Shown in pieces: positions 11,357 through 23,513 of a stretch of 32,102 bases of DNA. The notes beneath the pieces are model-generated. The model was not told the DNA's origin. It worked only from the letters and a program-made list of their open reading frames with translations, and searched no databases. The stretch lies in the NCBI GenBank assembly GCA_000697335.1, contig JNEM01013313.1, positions 1 through 32,102 of the forward strand, in the 5' to 3' direction. This DNA comes from Conidiobolus incongruus B7586. Taxonomy: Eukaryota. The position numbers and the translations under genes are program-made. The stretch's first letter is position 1. Each line of letters opens with the position of its first letter.

Positions 11357-13867
11357 TTAAAATTTGATAGGATGCCAAATGCCAGAATTAGTTTGCAGTG
11401 ATGGAACGTCCATTATCCTGAGTTCCTTAACTCCATCAGCTACCACAGGAACCACCGGAGTTACGGGGGGTGCTTCAAGGATCACTGGAGTGTTGGAGGG
11501 TTCGATATTAGCTATAATAGCTTGTTGAGGTGGCGCGATGGATGTATTAGGATCCATTGCCATTCCAATGGGCTCTGATTGGGTGGCGACTTGAGATAGT
11601 GTGAATTGTTCGGTGCGTTGTTCGGGAGCTTGTTGGATAGGTTGTTCCGCTGGTGTCATGGTAATGGGATCTGATGCAATTGCTTCAGCTTGATCAACGG
11701 TTGCAGCTACTGGCTGTTTAATGGATTGTTCAGAGGGTATCATTGCAACAGGTTCTGCGGGAACAGTTTCCGCGATGGATTGTTGAGTTGCCTGCTCAGA
11801 TAGTGCCGTTGCAACCTGCTCAGCAGGTGCAGGTTGTGCTTGATTGACGGTATCAGATACAGGAAGTTGAATTGGTTGCTCAGCTGATGTAGAAGCAATG
11901 GACTCTACAGGAGCAGCTTCAGGTTCTTTGATAGCATTAATTACAGGCTGCTGCTCCTGAACTTTATCTGATTCCTCAGGTTGAGATCCTGATACATCAG
12001 CTACCTCTTGGAGTTGTTCTTCCTCATTAGTTTCCTCCTGAACTTGGGCAGCTCTATCCAAATCGACAAATTGAACTCCAGCCAACATAGCATCAATTGT
12101 CTTAAATGACTCGACATAATTGACACCTTCTTTGGATTGTTTCTTAGCTTCTTCGTATTTTTCAAGGTTCCATTCCTTATCAATGAAATTGACAACGAAT
12201 TTCACGCTCATGTAACTATTGACGGGTCTCGTGGGAACGAGACCAAGTTCGTTGGTGCGGTCAGGGTAGTTCGATCTGATTTCGAGCGTCTTTTTGGAAA
12301 CTTTGGGTGCTCCAAAAGTGGTGGAAAGGAAGTGAAGATTGTCAGGATGGGGTAAGCTGATCTTCCAGTTCAAAGAAATTGGGTCAGCTGTCTTGGAACG
12401 AATACGAACTGAGAACGATGTAACAGGAGATGCTGGATTAAGTGGAAGTGGCACCATATCGATATCGTATAAAGCTTCACCTTCCTCAAGTTGGGGCTCG
12501 TTCGCTTCTTCCTCTTCTTCCGCTTCCATAGCACATGGTGATCCCATTTCAAGTCCTTTAGCGCTGCAAGTGCCTCCTACAGGACATGATTTAGCTTTCC
12601 ATTTACCTTCATAGCATACCATATAACCAGATGTACCACAAGCGAGAACTTTCTTAGAACAATTAGATCCTTCCTCAGGAATTTCTTCAGTTTCAATCAA
12701 GTTTTTGAGATCGAGACGCCCTTCACTATCAAGAATTTCTTGAGGTTTTACAGGCTGAGTAGCTGATTGGGCTGGTGGAGCACCGAGAGCACCTGGGGAC
12801 TTGAGCCAAGATCCCACAACTTCAGAAAATTTGAATTTGTGCTCACCTACTTGATTGCCGTCAGCTTGACTCACATCCCATACCATTACACCTCCGAAGT
12901 TTTTGTAGGTCTGACTGATGTTCTTAACAATGGGGTACAAGGTCTTCAAATCGACATATCCCAAATTGGCAGCTGATGGGGAGCCTGGAACACCGAGAAG
13001 TACTTTGACATTTGGATTGATCGCCTTAGTCTCTGACCAATTTTCCCACTCCGCAAAGTTAAAAGCCCAAGGGTTATTAAAGTTTTGAACTCCACAGAAA
13101 TTGTTATAGTACTGAACGAAAACGTAATCGAACCAAGCTTCGTCCAACACCTTTCCGAAATAGACGTCTGGAAATGTACATTGTGGGGCGCCAGTAATCA
13201 AGTAAGACTTTTCATTCTTCGCGAAGAGTGATCTCAGCTCTTTGATCATTTCGGTGTATCCAACAGATGATCCACCTTCAATATCCAAGTCGATGCCATC
13301 CAAATTCGCTTCGCCGAATGGTCTATACTCGCTCTCACCGCCTAAGAACATGTTCCAAAGGGTTTTGGCGAACATGCTACCGTGTTCGGGCTTATGAAAA
13401 CCGTAAGACCCTGCACTTCCGCCTAACGATAGTAACACCTTTTTACCCTTAGTTTGGCACTTCTGAATATGCTGACCAATCTTGGGACAGCTTAGTAAGT
13501 TTGGATATTCCTCAAATGTCGTATTACAATGGTAAGAAAGATTGATTTCCGGCGGCTTGTTAGTACCCGCATTGAACACGTGCAAGAATGACAACACTAC
13601 AATATCTGCAGTTTCCTCCTCACAATATACGTCCAAAGGCTTTTCCCACTCGGTTGGCGAGTTGGGATGACTTGCGCCATAGCTATTCTGACCCCAGTAA
13701 GCTACATACCTGTATGGTGTCGTCACACCGTTCCCATTAGTTTCTGAGCTAGCAGTCTCCGTTTTTTCCGTGGATTCTTCGCTCTTTTCACCTACAAGAC
13801 TGTTTAAAAACAATAAAGTTAATGGAATCCATTTATGATAATGACGTAATGGATTCAATATAATCAT
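11357..13867 (-). CDS. GH18 chitinase (class III / CTS1-like), ~836 aa, with Cys-rich CBM19-like module and long Q/E/P/A-rich tail
   Basis: AYWGQNS, KKVLLSLGG, catalytic DGIDLDIE (DxxDxDxE), APQC, VFVQYYNN, FGGVMVWD. Cys module CSKKVLAC..C..GKW...CPVGGTC at ~12566-12661. ATG at 13867 (the track starts at the upstream GTG). Intronless. Confidence 0.95.
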   Translation of the reverse strand: MIILNPLRHYHKWIPLTLLFLNSLVGEKSEESTEKTETASSETNGNGVTTPYRYVAYWGQNSYGASHPNSPTEWEKPLDVYCEEETADIVVLSFLHVFNAGTNKPPEINLSYHCNTTFEEYPNLLSCPKIGQHIQKCQTKGKKVLLSLGGSAGSYGFHKPEHGSMFAKTLWNMFLGGESEYRPFGEANLDGIDLDIEGGSSVGYTEMIKELRSLFAKNEKSYLITGAPQCTFPDVYFGKVLDEAWFDYVFVQYYNNFCGVQNFNNPWAFNFAEWENWSETKAINPNVKVLLGVPGSPSAANLGYVDLKTLYPIVKNISQTYKNFGGVMVWDVSQADGNQVGEHKFKFSEVVGSWLKSPGALGAPPAQSATQPVKPQEILDSEGRLDLKNLIETEEIPEEGSNCSKKVLACGTSGYMVCYEGKWKAKSCPVGGTCSAKGLEMGSPCAMEAEEEEEANEPQLEEGEALYDIDMVPLPLNPASPVTSFSVRIRSKTADPISLNWKISLPHPDNLHFLSTTFGAPKVSKKTLEIRSNYPDRTNELGLVPTRPVNSYMSVKFVVNFIDKEWNLEKYEEAKKQSKEGVNYVESFKTIDAMLAGVQFVDLDRAAQVQEETNEEEQLQEVADVSGSQPEESDKVQEQQPVINAIKEPEAAPVESIASTSAEQPIQLPVSDTVNQAQPAPAEQVATALSEQATQQSIAETVPAEPVAMIPSEQSIKQPVAATVDQAEAIASDPITMTPAEQPIQQAPEQRTEQFTLSQVATQSEPIGMAMDPNTSIAPPQQAIIANIEPSNTPVILEAPPVTPVVPVVADGVKELRIMDVPSLQTNSGIWHPIKF

Positions 13868-15807
13868 CACAATGAATTATTATTTACAGTTTAAATATGA
13901 CAAAATATCTATGGTAATAATATAAAAAATGAATTAATTACAAAAATGATTTAATGTAAAATGATAAAAAATTATTAACAAAAATGAAAAAAACTTTAGA
14001 TTGAATTGAAGCTTTTGAGTGTTTAAGTATTCAACCTAGTTCAATTTCACCAGTAACAAACGAGTGATATGAAACGATTAAACGTAGACTACAAACCAGC
14101 GACCACGTCTTCACACTCATATCGCCCAGGTTTTATCTTGGATTTTGATATAGTTTGTAAACTCATTTGAAACCCACTAAATTTTCATCAACCTAATTTT
14201 CAAATTATTCACCAGAAACTAGTTTGATATCTAAATTTGAGTTTTTAAGGGAAATTGAAATTCGGAAATTTTGTTTCTTAAGATTTAGTGTATTAAATAT
14301 TATGATTTGAATTAATTTTATTAAAATTATTATTATTTACAAAATTAATATTTTGTCAAATTTACAACTGTTTATTTTTTTCAATAAATTCTCATTATGT
14401 TGATATTTGATAATTGACAAACCATATACAGATCAGCGAGAAATTCATATGATAAATTTGTTACATTTCATACTTGAAAGAGTGTACACTTGAATCCTTC
14501 AAATATATTTTTGGTTAATAATATTTTTTATTTTTAATTACGGTGAGATAGCTGTTTAAATTAAACTTCTCTATTCTTATTTTTAAACCAACAATGCTTT
14601 AATCCAACTATAAATATATTTTGTTGGGAGTTTATTTAAAGATTTAATATAATAAATAAAGAACAAATAACTTTTCAATTACATATAAATACTAATAATA
14701 TAAATGATGAATTAAAACCTATTCGATAATATTGAACTATATCCATCTTTAACAATATATTGTATCTTAATATTTTTTTATCTTAATTGTTTTTTGAAAT
14801 TTCGATAATATGAAATAATTAACTTGGAAGTGTTCAAAATATATTTTTTTTTCAGTTTGGTATCAAACTTCTTTAATATTCAATTCAAGGTAATGGATAC
14901 AAAAAAGGATATAATATAAAATTACTAAGTAATATGATATCATAAGGGCCAATGCATAATAATATATAGGATTTTATGTAAAATTCCATTATTTATATAT
15001 AATAAAATTCCTTTTTGTAAAATTTTACAAATTGAATGACACTAAGGATATAAATACTGAAATTTATGAATTAATAATAGATTTATATAATATCACAATA
15101 AATACTTATATTCGGTGTATAAAAGAATGTATTCTATTTAACATTAAAATTATATAAAAATTAGATACTCATTTTTGACAACACTAGTTGAACTTCTTTA
15201 GGATAAATGATAAAATATCCAGTAATTTTTATTCATGAAATTATAATTATTGTGCAGAATCTTGATTTTATATTGGAATTATAAAAATGCTTACTACAAC
15301 AAATCATTTCGGATACAAATGAATTGGGAATACTACCCTATATAAAAGAATACTGTTTTATAAATGAACAGTGACTTCAACATCTATAAGTATATATCTT
15401 AATATTTTTACAAACCTCACCAATAGTTATCTATATGGCAAACACCTTGAACTTATAATTTAAAATCGAAACCTACTGATCTAATCGATTTAATAATCCA
15501 GCTCTATAAACTAACCATTATATAAATTTCTTTAATTTTAAACATTCTTATAGATTAAAGTTGATTTTACTTCAGAAAAATTACCTAATCTTCCATGATC
15601 ATCTGGTACACAATATATGTATCAATTTGATATTAAATTATTTCTTGATTGCCAATATCAATCCAAAGAATTAAATATTTGTTTTTCATTTATTATCACC
15701 TTTCATTTATATATGCCTATATTTATATATAAATATAAAATAGATAATCACTTTAATATATGTTATTATAAATATTTTAATCAATCCTCTTATTTAAAGA
15801 CTTAAAA

Positions 15808-16768
15808 TTAGCATTTAGTATCCATTTATAAATCACAATTTTGATAATGCGAGTCAATACTTGAAAACAAAGCATTGGAATCGTATTTATCTTCAATAAA
15901 ATAAATTGAAGAAATTGTAGCTTGCTCATTAATGTTGAAATGGATATTGTTTTCTTCACAATAATATTCAAATATCCCTCTAAGCAATACGGGTAATATC
16001 TGCACTAGATATCACTCTGATCATCGTCCAAGCTTTGGAGTCGAGATATTCCGCAAATTTAGGATTATATATACCATTCTGGCCATTTGTAATAACATAG
16101 ATTTTGTCCCAACTACCATATTAAACTTCACTAATCTGAATGCAAAGAGGGTTGCAATAGTGCCTTCTGCACCATGGCTAGCGAAAATTACCATAAGGTT
16201 AGGTTACGTTACCGAAGCCACCCACAATGCATTCCAAGATTGTTGCAACAAGCAATTTACTATACTATCAGATCCTTTAAGAATTTAATCATCTCTCAGT
16301 TCCTCAAAGTCCAGTATGGAAAAAGAATAGATTGAACTTGTAGATCAAATCCATAGTATTGTTAGATCTCAGTTATACCATCACTGTGAATTTTTTATCC
16401 GAATTCACTGCCAAACACCCTGCCGTGCTGGATCTGCCATCGGAGAAGTAGGCTATTTCGCTGGAGCATGAGGTAAATCCCTTAGAATTGATCAGCTCCA
16501 GTTCATTAAGTTGTACCTGGAGCAAAACGCAGTATTTGTATAGCTAATCAAATTCCTCGCTTCAGTCTCTGTTGTCATCTTAGCTATTGGATTTACTGAA
16601 AATTGTAAATTAAGCCTGCATAGATTTATCATTAATATTAAAAGATCCTTGTCTTTTGTATCTTTTTCTTTAAATGCAAATATTTGTTTTCGTAGTTTCT
16701 ATTTCATTCAAAAGCTCAGAAATTGAAGTACAAGCTTCCAAAGCTCAACAAATATAGAACAATTTCAT
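15808..16768 (-). pseudogene. Class-3 lipase pseudogene (sixth cluster member)
   Basis: Starts ATG AAA TTG TTC TAT. Fragments in shifting frames: PIAKMTTETEARNLISY..AFC, KGFTS.SSEIAYFSD..STAG.LAVNSDKK, SWDKIYVITNGQ....NPKFAEYLDSKAWT, ending MDTKC*. Many stops and frameshifts; GHSLG has degenerated to SHGAE. Confidence 0.93.
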
Positions 16769-17839
16769 TATACTCAATTAAAATTTTAAATCAATATAAG
16801 TAAAACTGATTAATTGACTTGATACGTACCCAATAAAAATGAAATTAAGGAATATAAAAATGCTAAATCCATTTATGTAATCGAGCTTATTAATAATGTT
16901 TCAGTAAATTGGGTATAATTTAACGATCCTATACAGAAATGTGAATAATAATTTTAAATATTAGACAACAATAAAGAGTACTTATATAAATATTTGTCGA
17001 AATATTTTATTACTTGTTCATATATTATTTTCCCATAGATACAATTTCAATTTTGATTATACAGGATTTGATGATAGAATATGGCAATTTCTATATAATA
17101 AAGCTATCATATAGTATGAATTTGGATATAATGATGAAATATTGATCAATTTACATATTAGTAGATTCAATTCTAAAAATCATTATTTAAAAACTGACTG
17201 AAAAAATAATTTCAAAATGGCTTTTATAGATACAATGATTAAATTCCCTTTTTATTTTAATATGCTGTATAACTCACTTAATTTTTATAATGGTTTTGAA
17301 TTCTTGGATAAGGATTACATTATTTTAATGATTGCAATTGATATTCAGATTTTGTAAAGTATCTTCAATATTTAATTAAATATTTGTAATTATATCTGTA
17401 TTTCATAGCACATTCAGCTAAATGTCATTTACTCAAAGATAAGAAAATCTATATAAGTATAGAAAATCAGGCTAATTGAATTTCAAAGTTTCATATTTGG
17501 TTATTTTTAAATGATCACTTACTAAAAATATTATTATATTCACTTTTATTATTGTTATTTTCAGAAATTTTGAGTGATTAATTCTCTTACCTTAGGTTAA
17601 TCAATTATGAAGCTTGGATTGAGTTTATTGGATAATCCGATGCATTATTGTAGTGTTATCATATGGCTCAACTTTATTTTTCTATATATTAAGAAATTTT
17701 TGAATCAACAACTCCAAAATTGATATTTTCTGAATTCACTTAGTTAATTGCGTAATTTAATTCCTTTAACAATTTATCAACTACCTCTAAGATCCGCCAA
17801 TGAGGAACTGAAAAATTCACTACGAGGTCATCGCATTGA

Positions 17840-18272
17840 TGTGTAAGGATTCCCCAACTCATTAATAGGCACACGTGCATTATCTAACAATTGCCTCCCG
17901 TAGTTAAACAAGTTTCTCCCTAGCTAACCATCGCACATAAAGAGGCAAGCGCTAGTCCAAATACTGATGTCTCTGAAGACTCTAATAGGAGAACTCCCTT
18001 GAGCATTGCAGGAGGGAAAAGAAAACGTAACATTACCATTGTAATAATCAATTAATCTAAATAAAGTACTATAACTTTCAGGAAACCATTTTATTAGTTC
18101 TTGGATTTTTTTAATGGAATGACCAGAATAGCTCATCTAACTATTCTGATCTGTTCTCTTATACTTTCTTGTCCTGTAGTAATTGTTTTATTTATCTTGA
18201 ATTGTTTTGGGGATCTCTATATGTTCCAAATATAACCCTGTTTTAGGTAATTTCACGCTGACTCTTGACACA
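17840..18272 (+). mobile_element. Probable solo LTR (433 bp)
   Basis: GC-richer island with termini TGTGTAAGGA...TCTTGACACA (TG..CA, imperfect inverted) and an internal AATAAA (~18060). Flanks ATTGA/ATTAT give only an imperfect TSD. Confidence 0.5.
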
Positions 18273-19326
18273 ATTATCGCTTGTTTAATATCCAAGGTAA
18301 TTTCAATTGTATTTGTTTTTATTTTACTGCCTAGATTCAAAATTAAATGAGATACTAAATGATTTCAAATTTGAGAAAATCTATAAAAAATATGGCTAAA
18401 TCCGATGATAAAGGTTCAAAATGAATTGAAATGACAAATTTCAAAAATAAAATTGATTATTTTACTCTGTGGATATAAATTGATATTGCTAAATATCAAA
18501 CTATTAAAAATTAGCTATATTTTCAAATTGATATTTCGTTGTAAAATTAAAATATTAGGAAATTCATGCGAAATTGAAGAAAATTGGAGAAATTGAATTC
18601 AAATGTAAAATGGATATGGTGAGTTTATTCTTTTGGTAAATTTGTAAAAAATATCTAAACACCTATCATATTATGAGTAACTTAAGAGTTAGTATAAATT
18701 AAATTATATTGACTTAGTAAATGATATTTTAATTCTGAATTGATATACTCCAGTAAAAGATTTGAAAATAATTGAAAATGGTGAAATATTCTATTCATTA
18801 GAAAATGGAAGTAATAATATTTTTAAAATGAAAATGAGTATTATTACATCTCATTAAAATACCTATGTATGAAAATATATTCGAAATATTAAAAAATTTT
18901 GATTTTTTATTGAGCATCAATTATATTTATGATTTAATCCTTAACAATATAATCTGATTGATTCTAAAATATTATGATCAATTAATAACCTAAAAGTTAT
19001 TTAGATTATCTATTTGTCAATCAAAATATTGTGATAATTGCTTAACTTATAGCTTTGATTTTTATTGAAATATTTTCTTCCACTTCTATATATAACCTAG
19101 TAAGGGGATCGGTAATATAAAACAAATCTTATGAGTATCTACAACAGTTAATTATCGCTATATTTAACATTCCTGATATTACTAAACAAATGATATAATA
19201 TTTATATTGTTACAAGGGAATCATATTAGTTTATTATTTATTAATTGTTTGAATCTTTTCTATTCTATTAAATTTTCCTAAATTGCTAAATGTATATAAA
19301 TAATGATTTATTCTATAAAGATTATA

Positions 19327-20304
19327 CTAGCAATATATATTCATTGTCAAATTCCAATAGTTAAAATGGGCATCAACGCTAGGAATCCAAAAATCGTCAA
19401 TACATTTGTCATCTTCCTGATAAATGGAGCATTTAATAGTTTGTCCATTGCTATTAATATGCATATTATGCTGATTATGATAGTATCCCATTTTCAATGG
19501 TGGTAAATTAGGTATAATATCAGCATACGATGTTACACGGGTATATGTCCAGGGTTTAGAGTTAAGATATTCTGCAAATTTGATATTGCCTACACGGGGT
19601 TGACCATAAGTAATAACATTGATCTTATCCCAATTAATTATTTTAGCTTCAGCTAATCTGAAAGCAATAATCTCTGCAATAGCACCGCCAGAGCTAAAAC
19701 CAGTAAAAACTAGTTTATAATTTGGATACTTGTCCAAAGCTTCTTTGATAGATTTTTCCGATTGTGATAATAACGATTTAGCCAAATTGTTAAATCCTTC
19801 GTGAATTTGAGCATCCGAGTAATTTCCTGAAAGTCCAGCACCTGTGAGTGATAGATCCAAATTCGACATCCAGTTCAAAAAGCCAGTAGTTCCCCGATAT
19901 GATATAACAATAAGCTTTTTGTCCCGATTAACTGTCAAATATCCAACGGTGTTCAATAAGGAATTTGAAAAATACTTTACTTCACTAGAGCCTGTGGTAT
20001 ATCCATTACAGTTGTTGCAGCTCCAGTTTATTAACCTGTCCTTAGCGCAATAAGAGGCGCCTGCATAGTTAATGAAATTCCTTGCTTCAACTTCGGTTGT
20101 CATTTTTGAAGTTGGGGCCACTGTTGATTTATACTCATAATCGAATAGTAATATATCATCTGAATCAAATTGGTCTTTGAATTTTTCGATTGTTTGATTG
20201 GGAGAATTAATCATTTCGGCATTCTCAGTTAGATTGATATAATTAAAAATTAATGATCCAGCTACCAGAGTTAAGAGAATATAGTGAAATTCTATATTAA
20301 TCAT
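19327..20304 (-). CDS. Secreted class-3 lipase, 325 aa, variant nucleophile elbow GFSSG; lipase C
   Basis: YRGT, IHEGF, GFSSGG, TYGQPRVGN, ADIIPNLPP, AHFNYW. Confidence 0.94.
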   Translation of the reverse strand: MINIEFHYILLTLVAGSLIFNYINLTENAEMINSPNQTIEKFKDQFDSDDILLFDYEYKSTVAPTSKMTTEVEARNFINYAGASYCAKDRLINWSCNNCNGYTTGSSEVKYFSNSLLNTVGYLTVNRDKKLIVISYRGTTGFLNWMSNLDLSLTGAGLSGNYSDAQIHEGFNNLAKSLLSQSEKSIKEALDKYPNYKLVFTGFSSGGAIAEIIAFRLAEAKIINWDKINVITYGQPRVGNIKFAEYLNSKPWTYTRVTSYADIIPNLPPLKMGYYHNQHNMHINSNGQTIKCSIYQEDDKCIDDFWIPSVDAHFNYWNLTMNIYC

Positions 20305-20371
20305 ATTGAATTTAATTGATGAAAACTGTTATTTCGCCAGCTTATATAACAATCATTATTATATATAATAT

Positions 20372-20706
20372 TTTCACGAGTCAGGCGACTCCCTTCTCCC
20401 TAAATATCTTTACATCAACCTAATATTAAAGCTATTTCCCCCTCACATATCATCTGCTCTTGCTCTTGCTCTATCTTTTAATTGGTCGATGGTGCAAGTC
20501 ACCGGAGAATCTTATTAATCACCTTACCCAATTCTACATAAAACCGGAATTAGAGCTATCTTCAGCAGGAAGAGTTCGATCTGGGTCCTCCTAGCAATTT
20601 GACTTAAATCAATAAACTCCCTATCTCCCTAACACTTACCTGGAATTCTCCAAATTTCTCTCTTTTACTTATACTATCCTGAACACGGCTTTCCCAAGAC
20701 GTGTTA
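20372..20706 (+). mobile_element. Possible degenerate solo LTR immediately upstream of lipase C
   Basis: Pyrimidine-rich, GC-elevated island. Ends TTTCACG...CGTGTTA resemble decayed TGTCACG...CGTGACA. Internal TACATAAAA and AATAAA; AATAT lies near both ends. Confidence 0.3.
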
Positions 20707-21095
20707 ATATAAAGCCTATTTACTTGGCACCTTCTGATCCATTATTCTTTTATTCTTATCATTTCTCATGTATTATTATAATTCTTGGCAATACAAATAT
20801 TTAATACAACACCACATAGGCAAGAATTAGTCACTTAAATTGGATGTTGAATTGCATAATTAAAAATATGGTTTATTATGCATGTTCAATCCCGAAAATT
20901 TATTCTATATAAATGTGATAAGTTTAAATGAGCTTGAATTTTTGAAATTTGAAATTATAATAAATTGGAAATTGTCACAGTTCTCAGTGGCATCACCACT
21001 GAAATCATGACCTACATGGAGTTGTCACCAATCCATAACCTGCACAACTAGAATTGTTCTGTAACTGGTGGATGAACCACTAATAAACAAAAATA

Positions 21096-21272
21096 TATTA
21101 AGGTAAGTAAGTAAGGTTTATTGTAGATATTGCACACAATAACAAGCCAAGGCTTAGTTATTGTACTAAAGATGGTATTTATACAGTAATACCAGTATTG
21201 AGATTGAGTCATATACACATGTTATAATTCTATTGGCTGGATGGTAGAAGAAACAAGATCAGGTCTATCACA
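21096..21272 (-). mobile_element. Short (~177 bp) solo-LTR-like element
   Basis: Minus strand reads TGTGATAG..., CCAAT, TATAAATA, hairpin, CTACAATAAACCTT, ...CCTTAATA (terminal CA decayed to TA). The poly(A) context is shared with the LTRs near the tRNA. Flanks AAAATA/GAAATA. Confidence 0.55.
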
Positions 21273-23513
21273 GAAATAAATGCAGTTTGTATATGTCAAA
21301 TAAATAAATAAATAATAGATTTTGACTAAATTTATTAATTTCCTTGATTTGATAAATTAAGTTTATTTTAACTTTTGTTGTATTTTAAAATACCTGTCCA
21401 TCTAGATTTGATAATTAAGTTCACATTATTTTTTGTTCATGGTAAAATTTTTAGTCTATAATCAAATTATACTCTTTTGCTCCTTTATTAGAATTTATTG
21501 AAAACCTACATCACTCACTGAATGAATTACTTAAACCCTGAAGTAATAAGAATAACAAGTATTTAAGTTTGTGAATATTCTGATATAATATCTCAATACT
21601 AGGTTTTAAGACATACAGTCCCAATATGTTAAAGAGCAGGATTAATAAATAATTTGCTAAATTATATTATGAGTACTTTTCTAACAATAGTCTTTATTTA
21701 CAACACTTATTATAAAAACTCAACACTTTTATCATTCATATAATATTTTATCAAACATGGTATAAGATAGATAAAGTTTAAATTAAATAATCATTGAAAC
21801 TATTTATATACTTTAAATATTATATAAAATTTATCTGATTATTTATGTAAGTTAAATACTTTATTTAATTGCTATAATTTTTGCAATTATATTGGTCTTT
21901 CCAAGATAAATTGATTCAATCTCATAGTAATTTTAATCAAATATTTAATATAAGAAACATACTTGAAGAATAATTTCATATAGATATAATGTTGGAAAGA
22001 TTAAACAAAGAATCATAAATATAAAATACATATACATATATATATCACCTATTTGATGAAAGCATTGTTACACTATTTCAATAAGCAAAAATTGAATTAT
22101 TAATGCCTAAAAATCGAAAGTGAAAGATATCACCTTCAATGATATCTTTTTAAAATAATGTATTTCAATAAATAAATTTTTGCTGCATATAATTATACAA
22201 TCAATACAATTTAGGTGGCAATTTTTTCTTGGATCCTTGAATCCAATCCAATTTATAAATTTATCATTGAAAATTTCATATAATTAGATAAAACAACTTA
22301 AGGAACTATGTAAATTATAATTGTGATATTATCACAACAAATAAATGATTATTATATAGATAATAGATATTACAATTCCACATGGGAAAAAATTCAAATA
22401 TTCAGAATAAAATAATATATTCCATATTATAAAATATCCCGGTTAGATAAATATCTAACTTTTTCAATTTCTTGAAATAACGAGAATATTGGTACATATC
22501 TAATTTTTGATTTTTTATAATCATTATTCCAATCCCATTTCATATAAAATATCTAAATATAAATTAATTATGTATTATAATGGCCTTTATACTCACAATG
22601 TTGTATTTTTGGATTATATGACTATTTGTCACACCCAATATATTAGATTTCAGCTGAAGTAATTTAATCTTAAAAATTTCAAATCACATTGTATATGAAA
22701 TTGATATTTTAACCCTTTTTCCCAAGAACTTGTAATATTCTTGAAAATCCACTTTACAAGCCACAGTTTGATGAGTTTGAAAAATTTAAACCATCTGACT
22801 TTCCTAAATAAACCACTTCTCTATTTCTATTAATCTAAAATTTACTCTTTCTATATTTTTTATTTACCTTTTTGGTTGTTTTGCCTAATACTCTGTACCC
22901 TTATATAGGATTTTTTCCAATGGGAAAGTCTAATCCCCGTCATATATGTAAAAATAATAAAATTATTATTTTGATAAATTATCCATCTAGAATACGAAAT
23001 ATGAAAATTCGATTTTAATTTTTTCATTATATTTTTTTTATTTTGTATTTTTTGGTATTATAAACCCCAGATAATTAACTTTTGTCTAAGCTTTTCAATT
23101 ATACAACTTGAAATTTCTTTTTATATTTGAATTTTAAAATCCTTGCAAATGCGAAAAAAATAATAAAGCATAAAACCCTTCTATTCACCTATTTTATATA
23201 TCTTATAATAAAATTTTTCAAAAATCCTAGTATTCAATAAATCTCAGTTATTAAGTATACTATAACGGTCAATATTTATAATGTAATTCGAATGTTGCTG
23301 TCTAATATAATAATTCATGTGAAATCTAATGTATATTAAGTAAGATATCAATGAATAAATGGATACTAACTAAAATTGTTGATATATCAATTTGATATTT
23401 GATTGTACAAATTTATTTTGAATTATATTTGATTCAATATTCTACCTTCATATTTAGGAATCTGATCTCTAGAGCTAACTGAGGCGTCCTTTGAAAACTT
23501 AAATTTTCATTTA

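Noticed and set aside
15617..15971. Two short ORFs
   Set aside because: One is AT-rich noise. The other is an off-frame reading of the lipase pseudogene 3' end.
17924..18136. 70-aa ORF
   Set aside because: Lies within the probable solo LTR, with no gag/pol similarity that I can recognise.
20984..21002. Small hairpin TCAGTGG-CATCA-CCACTGA
   Set aside because: A 7-bp stem is expected by chance and has no supporting context.
22382..22425. ATGGGAAAAAATTC resembling the start of the 26.3/31.5-kb repeat
   Set aside because: Similarity does not extend beyond a few bases.
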